In this document: positions 38,951 to 49,537 of the stretch, one piece after another
Layout of the letters: every line of letters begins with the position of its first letter
Position numbering within the stretch: the stretch's first letter is position 1
Assembly (NCBI GenBank): GCA_046760105.1
Contig: JBHIDJ010000007.1
Span: forward strand, 5,111-69,110
DNA: 64,000 bases
Reading direction: 5' to 3'
DNA from: Acidiferrobacterales bacterium
GTDB taxonomy: Bacteria > Pseudomonadota > Gammaproteobacteria > Acidiferrobacterales > SPGG2
The notes under the pieces: model-generated
The model's database searches: none
The model's input: only the letters and a program-made list of their open reading frames with translations
Told to the model about the DNA's origin: nothing
Translations under genes and position numbers: made by a program

Positions 38951-40179
38951 TGCAGAAACTCCTGGCCTGGGTAGATGCACGCTTCCCCCTGATCAAGGTG
39001 TGGGAAGAGCATCTGGCCAAGTACTATGCTCCAAAGAATTTCAACTTTTGGTATTACTTCGGTTCTTTGGCCATGTTGGCACTGGCCATCCAGATCCTGA
39101 CCGGTATTTTTCTCGCCATACATTACAAACCTGATGCCGCACGTGCCTTCGCTTCGGTGGAGTACATTATGCGCGATGTGCCCTGGGGCTGGTTGATGCG
39201 GTACATGCACTCCACCGGCGCGTCCCTGTTCTTTGTGGTCATTTATCTGCACATGTTTCGCGCACTACTGTATGGCTCACATCGGCCACCGCGCGAACTG
39301 GTGTGGATCCTCGGTGTAGTAATGTTTATTGTACTTATGGCAACGTCATTTACCGGTTACTTGTTGCCCTGGGGCAACATGTCGTATTGGGGCGCACAGG
39401 TGATCATCTCCCTGTTCGGTGCGATTCCTTTTATCGGGGAAGGATTGGCAGAATGGATACGTGGAGACTTCGTCGTCTCCGATGCCACGCTAAACCGCTT
39501 TTTTGCCTTCCATATCGTGCTGTTTCCGTTGATACTGATTGGTCTTGTATTTCTGCATATCGTTGCCCTTCACAAAGTCGGATCAAATAATCCGGACGGC
39601 ATCGAAATCAAGAAAAAGAAGGATCAGAACGGAGTGCCTTTAGACGGCATTCCCTTTCATCCGTACTACACCGTCAAGGATCTGGTCGGCGTAACCGTAT
39701 TCTTGATGATATTTTCCGCGATCGTGTTCTTTGCCCCGGAGTTTGGCGGCTGGTTCCTTGAACACGACAACTTTGAACCGGCCAACATTCTGCAGACCCC
39801 GCCGGAGATCGTTCCGCTGTGGTATCTCACACCGTTTTATTCGATTTTGCGTGCCGTGACCATTGATATAGGACCGCTAACCGCCAAGTTGCTCGGGGTA
39901 TTATCGATGGGATTTTCAATCGTCTTGTTCTTCTTTCTCCCCTGGTTGGATCGCTCGCCGGTGAAGTCCATACGCTATCGTGGCTGGATATACAAGACAG
40001 CGTTGATGCTGTTTGCCATCAGTTTCGTGCTCCTTGGCTATCTTGGGACTCAAAGACCCGAGGGTCCCAATCTCATTTTGGCACAGATCTGCTATGTCAT
40101 TTATTTTGCGTTCTTTTTACTCATGCCCTGGTACAGCCAGATCGATAAGACCAAACCAGAACCTGGCAGGGTGACCTAA
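38950..40179 (+). CDS. petB: Cytochrome b
   Basis: 409 aa, multi-TM. The N-terminal cytochrome b pattern (NFNFWYYFGSLA...IHY...RYMHSTGAS) and the C-terminal domain (PEWYLxPFY-like LWYLTPFY) are both present. Confidence 0.95.
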   Translation: MQKLLAWVDARFPLIKVWEEHLAKYYAPKNFNFWYYFGSLAMLALAIQILTGIFLAIHYKPDAARAFASVEYIMRDVPWGWLMRYMHSTGASLFFVVIYLHMFRALLYGSHRPPRELVWILGVVMFIVLMATSFTGYLLPWGNMSYWGAQVIISLFGAIPFIGEGLAEWIRGDFVVSDATLNRFFAFHIVLFPLILIGLVFLHIVALHKVGSNNPDGIEIKKKKDQNGVPLDGIPFHPYYTVKDLVGVTVFLMIFSAIVFFAPEFGGWFLEHDNFEPANILQTPPEIVPLWYLTPFYSILRAVTIDIGPLTAKLLGVLSMGFSIVLFFFLPWLDRSPVKSIRYRGWIYKTALMLFAISFVLLGYLGTQRPEGPNLILAQICYVIYFAFFLLMPWYSQIDKTKPEPGRVT

Positions 40180-40181
40180 GG

Positions 40182-40910
40182 TTGAAGTGTATCTATCTCG
40201 CATTTTGTGTGGGCGTTATGTCAACCGTAACGCTTGCGGCTGAGGTGCCGGCATTGCACGATCCTGTGGATATCAACCTGAGTGACAAACCCTCCTTGCA
40301 ACGCGGTGCGCGAATTTTCATTAATTATTGCCTGTCATGTCATAGCGCTGCGTATATGCGCTATAACCGCATGGGCAAGGATCTGAATATCAGCGACGAG
40401 TTGGTCGAGGAAAATCTGCTATTTGCCACGGATAAAATCGGTAATCTCATGAAAGCAGCGATGCCCGCCGAAGACGCTAAAAAAGCATTCGGCACAGCAC
40501 CACCAGATTTAACGGTTGTATCCCGCTCGCGTGGACCCGGGTGGTTTTATAATTACATGCGCGGCTTTTACCGCGACGATACGTCTTTCACCGGGTGGAA
40601 TAACATTGTTTTTCCCGACGCGGCTATGCCCCATGTCCTCTATGAATGGCAGGGCGAACAGCGGGCGGTATTCGAAGATAAGGAAGATGGCAGTAAGGAG
40701 TTTAGGCGTCTCGAGCTCGAACGCGCCGGTAGTATGAGTATAGAAGAATTTGACAACTCCATGCGTGATCTGACCAATTTCATGGTGTATCTGGGTGAAC
40801 CCGCGAAGCTCGTGCGTTATCGCATCGGGGTTTACGTATTGATCTTCCTCGCTGTCTTTTTGGTTTTTATTTATCTTCTGAAAAGAGAATACTGGAAAGA
40901 CGTTCACTAA
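40182..40910 (+). CDS. petC: Cytochrome c1
   Basis: 242 aa with a signal peptide, heme motif CLSCH and a C-terminal TM anchor. It completes petABC. Confidence 0.85.
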   Translation: MKCIYLAFCVGVMSTVTLAAEVPALHDPVDINLSDKPSLQRGARIFINYCLSCHSAAYMRYNRMGKDLNISDELVEENLLFATDKIGNLMKAAMPAEDAKKAFGTAPPDLTVVSRSRGPGWFYNYMRGFYRDDTSFTGWNNIVFPDAAMPHVLYEWQGEQRAVFEDKEDGSKEFRRLELERAGSMSIEEFDNSMRDLTNFMVYLGEPAKLVRYRIGVYVLIFLAVFLVFIYLLKREYWKDVH

Positions 40911-40931
40911 ACCGGTAGCGGACCGCCTTTT

Positions 40932-40975
40932 AGGAAGGGGGGCGTTGTGCCCCCTTTCCTATCTAGCTGGTTTTT
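40932..40975 (+). terminator. GC-rich hairpin after petC, possible terminator
   Basis: aggaaggggggc-gttgt-gccccctttcct forms a 12-bp stem with one G-U pair. The T-run (ttttt, 40971-40975) is separated from the stem by 10 nt, so it is not canonical. Confidence 0.35.
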
Positions 40976-40987
40976 GGAGAAAAGTGG

Positions 40988-41620
40988 ATGGCATCTCCTG
41001 TTAACAGGAAGCCGATTATGACTTTGTACTCGGGGATCAATGATCCCTATAGTCACCGCACTCGTATTGTGCTGTTTGAAAAGGACGTCGAGTGCCGGAT
41101 CGTAGAAGTCGACCCCAACAGGAAACCACGCGAGCTTGCTGATCTGAACCCCTATAATCAGGTTCCTACCATAGTCGATCGTGAGCTAGTGCTTTATGAT
41201 TCGCTGATCATCAACGAGTATCTTGACGAGCGTCTGCCGCATCCGCCTTTAATGCCCGTGGACCCGGTTTCGCGCGGCCGCGCACGGCTTATGTTGATGC
41301 GTTTCGATCGCGACTGGTATAGCTTGCTGCCCACCATTACCGGTGGCGACAGACGGGCCGCGACGCGCGCCCGCAACGTTGTCCGCGATGGGCTTACGGT
41401 CATTTCGCAGATCTTCAAGGAACAGCCGTATGTACTCGGTGACGAGTTTTCGCTGGTTGATTGCGCATTGGCCCCTATTTTATGGCGGTTGGGTCACTAC
41501 AGCATTAATCTGCCCCGTCAGGCAAAATCCATCATGGAGTACGCGGAACGCATATTCGCCCGCAAGTCCTTCGAGCTCAGCCTCACGGAGACAGAGCGAG
41601 ACATCAGTCCGACAAAATGA
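40988..41620 (+). CDS. sspA: Stringent starvation protein A
   Basis: 210 aa. MASPVNRKPIMTLYSGINDPYSHRTRIVLFEKDV parallels the E. coli SspA N-terminus. The fold is GST-like. Confidence 0.9.
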   Translation: MASPVNRKPIMTLYSGINDPYSHRTRIVLFEKDVECRIVEVDPNRKPRELADLNPYNQVPTIVDRELVLYDSLIINEYLDERLPHPPLMPVDPVSRGRARLMLMRFDRDWYSLLPTITGGDRRAATRARNVVRDGLTVISQIFKEQPYVLGDEFSLVDCALAPILWRLGHYSINLPRQAKSIMEYAERIFARKSFELSLTETERDISPTK

Positions 41621-41669
41621 CCGTGGTGTTCTCCGGTGGGCGCCGCAGATTTGAGCTACTATAAAAACC

Positions 41670-42065
41670 ATGACGCCGATTAAACCGTACTTGATTCGCG
41701 CGGTCCGTGACTGGGCGGTAGACAGCCGATTGACGCCACATATCGTGGTCGATGCGACCGCTGCCGGGGTCAAGGTTCCGACCGAGTTCGTCGAAAACGG
41801 GCGCATGTTACTGAATATCCATCCGCGGGCGGTACATGATTTCGACATGACCAACGATTGGCTACTGTTTTCCACCAGGTTCGCAGGCCAGAGGTGTACC
41901 CTGGAAATACCCGTAGTCGCCATCCGGGCGATCTACGCTCGTGAAAACGGTCAAGGCGTCGCTTTCCCGGAAGAATCCACGGAGGGTACAGTCGCGGAGC
42001 CCGCCAGCGCCGATTCAGGCCCACCACCCCCGAAGAAAGGACCTCATCTCAAGGTCGTCAAATAA
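41670..42065 (+). CDS. sspB: ClpXP adaptor SspB
   Basis: 131 aa. PYLIRAVRDWAVDSRLTPHIVVDA...VPTEFVENGRMLLNI...; C-terminal ...GPHLKVVK. Confidence 0.85.
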   Translation: MTPIKPYLIRAVRDWAVDSRLTPHIVVDATAAGVKVPTEFVENGRMLLNIHPRAVHDFDMTNDWLLFSTRFAGQRCTLEIPVVAIRAIYARENGQGVAFPEESTEGTVAEPASADSGPPPPKKGPHLKVVK

Positions 42066-42620
42066 CCCGTTGTTCTGCTTCACCTGCGCCCGCAGGCGGC
42101 CTGCACGTCAATCTGAGAGGCGCTCAAGCGTTAACCCCATTGAGCCGTTTTGAGCGCCAGGCGCGGCGATGCGGAAACGGCTTGAGCGACGACTGAAGCA
42201 TTCACGGCCGCCTGCAGTGCAAGGCGCAGGAGCGCCCCCGCGATTTCAAGGCCGCCCGCAGCCAGGCGTACCGGTGCAGCGACGGCAAATGGAGGCGGTG
42301 GACCGGCTCATAAGGCGATCGTCCTCGCGGCAACGCGAACAAACCGAACAGGTAGACAGCGAAAGGCCAGTGCGCTCCACGGTCGCACCTTCACACGGGC
42401 AAAAGCCAGTCCGCCAGAAGACAAAAGTGCATAACTACAAAAGGCCACACCCAGTCAAGGCCCCGCGTCGTGGCGCCTTGCCGAGACGTACCGTACCACG
42501 ACGCTGAGGCACTCAACTTGCGTCAGCGGCGATTACTGATCGCATGCTCCCGCCGCCGATCAACTCGGTGTAAGATGCGTTGCGCACGAGAGCAGTTCGA
42601 AGCGATCGCAAGGGGGAGCC

Positions 42621-43115
42621 ATGATCAAGATAATCTGTGCCGATATTACAACTCTGAGCGTGGATGCGATCGTCAATGCTGCCAACCAGACCCTACTTGG
42701 TGGCGGTGGGGTTGACGGTGCTATCCACCGCGCGGCCGGACCGGAATTGCTTGCTGCCTGCCGCGAAATCGGCGGCTGCCCGACGGGGGAGGCGCGCATC
42801 ACACCTGGTTTCAAACTGCCCGCTAACTGGATTATTCATACCGTCGGACCCGTGTGGCGCGGCGGGCAAAAAGGCGAGCCAGAGTTGCTGCGGTCCTGCT
42901 ATCAAACCTCTTTGGACCTTGCCTCGCAAAACGGCGTGCGCACGATCGCATTTCCAAGTATTAGCACTGGCGCCTACGGTTATCCCAAGGAGCAAGCGAC
43001 CAACATCGCCCTTAGCGTGATGGGCGAATATGAGAGCAAGTTCGACGAGATCATTTGCTGTTGTTTTAGCGATGAAGACAGGGAGATCTACGAGAAGGAA
43101 CTGGCTTCACGCTAG
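42621..43115 (+). CDS. ymdB: Macro-domain protein (O-acetyl-ADP-ribose deacetylase-like)
   Basis: 164 aa. [33 protein letters not shown]...IIHTVGPVW...[14 protein letters not shown]. Confidence 0.85.
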   Translation: MIKIICADITTLSVDAIVNAANQTLLGGGGVDGAIHRAAGPELLAACREIGGCPTGEARITPGFKLPANWIIHTVGPVWRGGQKGEPELLRSCYQTSLDLASQNGVRTIAFPSISTGAYGYPKEQATNIALSVMGEYESKFDEIICCCFSDEDREIYEKELASR

Positions 43116-43143
43116 CCCCGGTACCTCGGAAACGCTCTGCAAT

Positions 43144-43218
43144 GTAGTAGCAAGTGGCAAGTAGCAAGTTAAAACTCCTCTAGCCTTTTCTTGCTACTTC
43201 CCACTTCACACTTGCTAC
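43144..43218. repeat. Heptad-periodic inverted repeat between convergent ymdB and glcD-like genes
   Basis: Left arm is gtagtagc aagtggc aagtagc aagt. The loop is 20 nt. Right arm is cttgctac ttcccac ttcacac ttgctac. Hand alignment gives 19 of 25 complementary positions. The right arm contains the TAG stop of the minus-strand gene. Confidence 0.8.
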
Positions 43219-44612
43219 TCGCGCTTATCGATTGGGAAAATTTTGTCCGGGTTGAGGATTCCGTTGGGATCGAACTGCTGTTTGATGCGCTGCATGAGAT
43301 CGAGTGTGACAGGATCAATTTCGCGGTTGATATAATCGCGTTTTTCGCGACCAACCCCGTGTTCGCCCGAGAGTGTCCCACCCAGCTGTAGTACCAAGTC
43401 GAATACCGCTGACAGGCACGGCCGCGCCTTTTGCTCTTGTCGCGAATCCTGCGAGTCATAGAGCAAATTCACGTGAATATTTCCGTTGCCGGCATGACCG
43501 AAGTTAACGATCGGGATACCGAATTCTCGGCTCAAGCGATCCAGCCCGTCTATCAGGTCGGGAATGCGCGAGACCGGAACGACGATATCCTCGTTGAGCT
43601 TATTTGGCGCGGTCTTACGCAGCGCCGGCGATAAAGCCTTGCGCGTGGCCCACAACGCGGCGACCTCTTTGTTGGTCTGCGCGGTTTTCAGTTGCACCAG
43701 TCCGGGGCCATCAGCAGCGTGGCGGACGGCCTCAACCGCCGCGTCCATGCTCACGGCAGGCCCATCAACCTCGATCATCAGTAGCGCGCCCACGTGCTGG
43801 GGGAGATCAAACTCGGCATAATCGCGAATGATCTCGATGGAAGCAGCGTCCATGAACTCCAGGGCGCTGGGGGTAACAGGCTGCGCCATAATGCGTGACA
43901 CCGCTGCCGCTGACGCGCGAACGTTGTCGTAAGCCGCTTGCAGCGTGCGCTTGGTTTCGGGCTCTGGCGTGAGCTTCAGCGTCGCTTCTGTGATAACGGC
44001 AAGCGTTCCTTCCGAACCGATGATGAGTCGGGTCAGATCGTAACCGACGACCCCTTTGGTTGTGTAAACCCCGGTGTGTATCGTATCTCCCGCACCGGTC
44101 ACAGCCTGCAGCCCGAGCACGTTCTCCCTGGTGGTGCCGTACTTGACGGCCCGCGGACCTGCGGCGTTCAAGGCTAGATTCCCGCCAACCGTACAGAACG
44201 CACTGCTGGTCGGATCCGGGGGCCAAAAGAAACCATGCGTCGCTGCTGTCTCCTGCACGGCTTGGTTGATCGCACCTGGCTCGACACGGACGACGCGATT
44301 AGCGGGATCGATATCGATGATGCGGTCCATGCGTTCGAGCGAGAGCACAAGCCCGCCGCGCAGCGGTATCGCGCTCCCGGTCGTGCCTGTGCCGCGACCG
44401 CGCACGACGAGCGGTATGCCATGGCGATTGCACAGCCGTACCGTTTCTAGCACTTGCTCATGAGTGACAGCGAAGGCGACGCCGTCAGGTTCGCTGTGCT
44501 TGCGCGAGTTGTCGTATCCATACACCCAGCGGTCTGCCTGCTCCGTCAGCACATTGTCGCTGCCAACGGCTTGTGCTAACTGATTGAAGAAGTTTCGGCT
44601 TGCGCTAATCAT
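43215..44612 (-). CDS. FAD-linked oxidase (GlcD / D-lactate dehydrogenase family)
   Basis: 465 aa. An N-terminal FAD-binding PCMH-type domain (...IPLVVRGRGTGTTGSAIP...) is followed by a C-terminal FAD-oxidase domain (...GTLSGEHGVG..K...). Confidence 0.8.
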   Translation of the reverse strand: MISASRNFFNQLAQAVGSDNVLTEQADRWVYGYDNSRKHSEPDGVAFAVTHEQVLETVRLCNRHGIPLVVRGRGTGTTGSAIPLRGGLVLSLERMDRIIDIDPANRVVRVEPGAINQAVQETAATHGFFWPPDPTSSAFCTVGGNLALNAAGPRAVKYGTTRENVLGLQAVTGAGDTIHTGVYTTKGVVGYDLTRLIIGSEGTLAVITEATLKLTPEPETKRTLQAAYDNVRASAAAVSRIMAQPVTPSALEFMDAASIEIIRDYAEFDLPQHVGALLMIEVDGPAVSMDAAVEAVRHAADGPGLVQLKTAQTNKEVAALWATRKALSPALRKTAPNKLNEDIVVPVSRIPDLIDGLDRLSREFGIPIVNFGHAGNGNIHVNLLYDSQDSRQEQKARPCLSAVFDLVLQLGGTLSGEHGVGREKRDYINREIDPVTLDLMQRIKQQFDPNGILNPDKIFPIDKRE

Positions 44613-45087
44613 GTTCGCGAATGCGCTTGATCAGGTCGGTCGTTGAGAGCTGATAACGAATCGGGATCGCATGGACCTGTCCACCATACGATTCGACGAC
44701 CTCGCCACCGACAATGTTCTTGTGCTTCCAATCACCGCCCTTGACCAGGTGATCGGGTCGGATGAGCTTGATAAGTTCAAGTGGTGTGTCGGCGTCAAAC
44801 GCTACCACCAGCGAGACACAGGCCAACGCAGCCAGCAACGCCATGCGGTCTTCGAGCGTATTGATAGGTCGACCGGATCCTTTTTTCAGGCGTCGGACCG
44901 ACGCATCGCTGTTGACGCCGACGATCACGGTTGGCCCTATGGTAGCCGCCTCCTGTAGATAACTCACGTGCCCACGATGGAGAATATCGAAGCACCCGTT
45001 TGTAAAGACAAACGGGCGCGGCAGCGCTGCCAGTCTCGCTTTAAGCTGTTCCGGATTCTTAACGATTTTGGATTCACTAAGCGTCAA
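44605..45087 (-). CDS. hldC: D-glycero-beta-D-manno-heptose 1-phosphate adenylyltransferase (RfaE domain II type)
   Basis: 160 aa with a cytidylyltransferase fold. FTNGCFDILHRGHVSYL. Confidence 0.8.
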   Translation of the reverse strand: MTLSESKIVKNPEQLKARLAALPRPFVFTNGCFDILHRGHVSYLQEAATIGPTVIVGVNSDASVRRLKKGSGRPINTLEDRMALLAALACVSLVVAFDADTPLELIKLIRPDHLVKGGDWKHKNIVGGEVVESYGGQVHAIPIRYQLSTTDLIKRIREHD

Positions 45088-45662
45088 TCAGTGTACTCGA
45101 AGAGCTTGACAACGCGCGTCACGCCTTTGGTCTCACGCGCAAGCTTTGTGGCCACGTCGGCTTCTGCGCGTTTGACCAGGCCCATCAAATACACGACCGA
45201 GTTTGCCGTCACGACCTTGACGTGGGTGGGACCGACGCCCTTGGTGGTGGCCTGCTTAGTCTTAATCTTACTCGTAATCCATTTGTCATGGCTGCTGTCT
45301 GAAAAGGAGCGGCGCGGCGCGATGCGGATGTGGTTATGAATCCGACGAACACCCTGTACACGCCTTACGTGTGTGAGTGCACGCTTACGCAGCGCCGTTG
45401 TTTCTGCCTCACCTGTCAGCAGCACAATACCGTTCATGCTTGTTACATTCACCCGCACCTTGTTGTCTAAGATTTTATCTTGAGCGATCAGCTTTTCACC
45501 TTTGAGCTCGAGTGTCTGATCATCCCACATTTTCCCTGTTGTACGCCGGTCAGTAGCTACTGTGGCACCTGTCGCCGTGCCGGCAACAACGGCTGCTGCG
45601 CAGCCCTGCAGGAGCATCGAGCAAAGTGCAATACCCATTAGCCAAAATGCAGCGTGTCTCAC
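45084..45662 (-). CDS. dolP: BON-domain outer-membrane lipoprotein DolP (YraP)
   Basis: Lipobox LLQG-C and two BON-like repeats. GTG 45662 was chosen (192 aa, just after the diaA stop); the ORF-track ATG is at 45704. The order lpoA-yraN-diaA-dolP matches E. coli. Confidence 0.75.
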   Translation of the reverse strand: MRHAAFWLMGIALCSMLLQGCAAAVVAGTATGATVATDRRTTGKMWDDQTLELKGEKLIAQDKILDNKVRVNVTSMNGIVLLTGEAETTALRKRALTHVRRVQGVRRIHNHIRIAPRRSFSDSSHDKWITSKIKTKQATTKGVGPTHVKVVTANSVVYLMGLVKRAEADVATKLARETKGVTRVVKLFEYTD

Positions 45663-45664
45663 AC

Positions 45665-46682
<1,018 letters not shown>

Positions 46683-48646
46683 TGTCTATTTGTTGGAGTT
46701 GACTGGTGTACTGCATAAACGTGTCCAACAACTCTGGCAGACCCTTCGTGAACTTCGCCCAGAGTAACTGACGGTGTAGGCGACCATCGTGGCCGAGACT
46801 TAGGCTGCTGGTGACACCATTAAAGCGTACCGCGTTCTCTGAGCTAATACGATTCAAGTGTGGGATTATGGCGTAGCTGTCTACCCCTAAGGCGAATAGT
46901 CTATCTAACTGGGTGTGCGCATAGGGCCAGTCGACCTGGAGTGACCGCCTGAGTGCCTGTATCTTTCCGTCGTTGACAAGCATCCACGGCATATCGCCGA
47001 ACCTGATCCCTTCAAGATCGGTATCCTGCACCTTGTCCGGTTTTCCTGTAAAGATGTGTGACGTAGCATAAACTGGGATATTTAGCGCCTGGTGATAATT
47101 CAACTGCGGCTTTATTAAACGGCCATGTTTCGCATCCGCGGCCAGGAAAACAAAGTCAACATCTTTTCGTCGCCTGGATTGAAACTTTAGTTTCATTCCT
47201 AATCTTGCCTCAAGCGTGCGCTTGCGTGCGTCGCTTTGGGCGATGTTCAGCAGACGTTTGATCGGCTGCGAATGATCACTTTCCCATGAATTGTACGAAA
47301 TCGACGTCAGTAAAATACCACCGAGCTGCAGCCAATGATCCGCGAATGCCTGTTGCAAACGTTCGCCCCAGTCGCTATTGGTGTAAAGCACGGCTGCTTG
47401 GCGATGACCGTCCAGGTAAGCGCGCTCGGCAACTTGTCTTGCTTCCTGGTCTGGCGGCAGACCAAACTGAAAGATGTGGCCGGGCAAAGGTTCATCATCA
47501 TAACGCGTATGGCCAAGAAACAGCGCGGGTGTCGTCAGCTTGGCCTTCTTCACGACGGCATCTACCGCTTCGCGCCCCAACGGGCCAATAATAAAGTCAG
47601 CACCTTCACGTGCCGCTTGTTCATAGAAATCGGGTGCGCGCGACGCATCATCACCGGTATCGTAAATAGTAATGACCGACTTGTCGGGATCATTATTTGC
47701 CGCATCCATGGCGAGCACACCATCACGAACCGCCTTGGCGGCGACACCAAACTTAGAGCTGATGGGCACCAACAGCGCAATGCGGCTTACGCGACCCATC
47801 AGCCCGGGCTTGCGGCTGGCTAAGGTAGCGAGCAGCGATTTCGAGATCGGATGCTCTGGATGTGTTCTCTTCCAAACTGCGATCGCCTGTGCAAGTGGTC
47901 CTGGCCGCCCCGCGTTTTCGATTACTCTAATCGCAAGTTCGAGCCAACCCGTCAGCACCGGATCTGTCGCCAATTGAAACTCGCGCTTGAGTGTTGCCCG
48001 GGGTAACGAATTGAGTATCTCCCAGAGCTGTAGCTGATTGTTCTCGATTTCATCCTTGGCAACAACGTAACGTTCACGGACAATCAGGTTCTTTACCGCC
48101 CCGATAGGGTCGCCCAACGCCAATTTCGCCTCTGCACGCACCACGTAGATTTGCGCTAACAGAGATGGATCTAGGTTACGTGTCCGTTGGGCCTCGTCGA
48201 GCAGGCCGATGGCCTCTTGGTGGAAGCCTGCATGGGAGGCAATTTGCGCTTCGATGATGCGTTTGCGTGCGCGCAGATTGGCATCAAGGCCCGTCTCGTT
48301 GATCTCCTTGATCTTTTCGCGCGCCTCGTAGATCTGCCCGGCCTTGACGAGCGTTTCGACTGCCTTCAGCTTGAGGCCCTGTTTGTGGGGCCCTTCAACC
48401 TCCTCCGCGACGCGGTCGTATTCTTCGGCGGCGCGCACGTATTCACCGGTGCGCTCTGCCTCTTCCGCGGTCGGGGTGGCAGGTGGTTTACTGATGACGC
48501 GCTCACGCGGCGCGGTTGCACAGGACTGAAGCTGCAGGATACCGATCACCAACAGCGCACAAGTCAGGACGTGTGTGCGGGAGAGTAGCCTCATGGTAAA
48601 TATTGCTTATAAGGTCGCCGGTAGAGTATCCAAAGGGCGCGTATCC

Positions 48647-49495
48647 GTGTCAAACAAGGTGGGCGTGTTGTATGTGGTAGCGACGCCGATCGGTAATCTC
48701 GCGGATATCACCCACCGCGCCGTCCAGCTGTTGTCTAAGGTTGACCTTATTGCTGCCGAAGACACCCGCCATGCTCGCAAGTTACTGCACCATTTCGGGG
48801 TCGCAACAAAGATGATCGCATTCCATGACCACAACGAATTATCCCAAATTCCGAAGCTGCTCGGTTTATTGCATCAGGGAAAGTGTATCGCACTCGTCAG
48901 TGATGCGGGTACACCGCTTATCAGCGATCCCGGCTTTAAGCTCGTGTGCGCGGTGCATACGTCACAAATTCCGGTTGTGCCGGTACCCGGCCCTTGCGCC
49001 GCGATCGCCGCGCTATCTGTTGCTGGTTTGCCTACCGATAGCTTCGCATTCGATGGTTTCCCACCCTCAAAGGCGGTGGCGCGAGCAGCCTTTTTTGCCG
49101 AGCGCCAGCGCGAGCGACGGACATTGGTATTTTACGAAAGCCCCCACCGTCTGATGGCTTCGCTGCGCGCAATGGCGGACGCTTTCGGGAAAGACCGGCC
49201 AGCGGTATTGGCGCGTGAGCTAACGAAGAAATTCGAAACCATACGCCACGCAAGCCTAGGTGAACTCTGCGACTGGGTTGCCGCCGACAAGGACCAGCAG
49301 CGCGGCGAGTTCGTGGTGATCGTGGGCGGTGCGCGCTTAGTAGGCGACGTGACTGACGACACAGAAGCCGAGCGGGTGGTTCGCATCTTGCTGCATGAGC
49401 TCCCCGTCAAACAGGCGGCGACGCTTGCGGCTGAAATCACGAATCAACCGCGCCGCCGACTCTACCGGCTCGCACTCGATCTGGCCGATGACTGA
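48647..49495 (+). CDS. rsmI: 16S rRNA (cytidine1402-2'-O)-methyltransferase
   Basis: GTG 48647 gives (M)SNKVGVLYVVATPIGNLADITHRAVQLL..VDLIAAEDTR. The ATGs at 48575 and 48593 would overlap the lpoA start region. Confidence 0.85.
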   Translation: MSNKVGVLYVVATPIGNLADITHRAVQLLSKVDLIAAEDTRHARKLLHHFGVATKMIAFHDHNELSQIPKLLGLLHQGKCIALVSDAGTPLISDPGFKLVCAVHTSQIPVVPVPGPCAAIAALSVAGLPTDSFAFDGFPPSKAVARAAFFAERQRERRTLVFYESPHRLMASLRAMADAFGKDRPAVLARELTKKFETIRHASLGELCDWVAADKDQQRGEFVVIVGGARLVGDVTDDTEAERVVRILLHELPVKQAATLAAEITNQPRRRLYRLALDLADD

Positions 49496-49502
49496 GGTGG
49501 TC

Positions 49503-49529
49503 TTGCGGGATACGCAGAGCTGGTATACT
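49503..49529 (+). promoter_or_regulatory. Putative sigma-70 promoter of rnpB (extended -10)
   Basis: TGgTATACT lies at 49521-49529, 8-9 nt upstream of the predicted RNA 5' end. The -35-like TTGCGG at 49503-49508 is weak, with a 15-nt spacer. Confidence 0.45.
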
Positions 49530-49537
49530 GATCCTTC

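Noticed and set aside
42169-42507. 112-codon plus-strand ORF, Arg/Pro/Gln-rich (MRKRLERRLKHSRPP...)
   Set aside because: It is low-complexity and basic, has no family resemblance, and has no ribosome-binding site context. This is typical of a spurious ORF in GC-rich non-coding or decayed DNA.
48575-48646. rsmI starting at ATG 48575 or 48593
   Set aside because: Either start would overlap or abut the divergent lpoA start codon (48592-48594), and the extra residues lack RsmI similarity. GTG 48647 gives the canonical VLYVVATPIGNL N-terminus.
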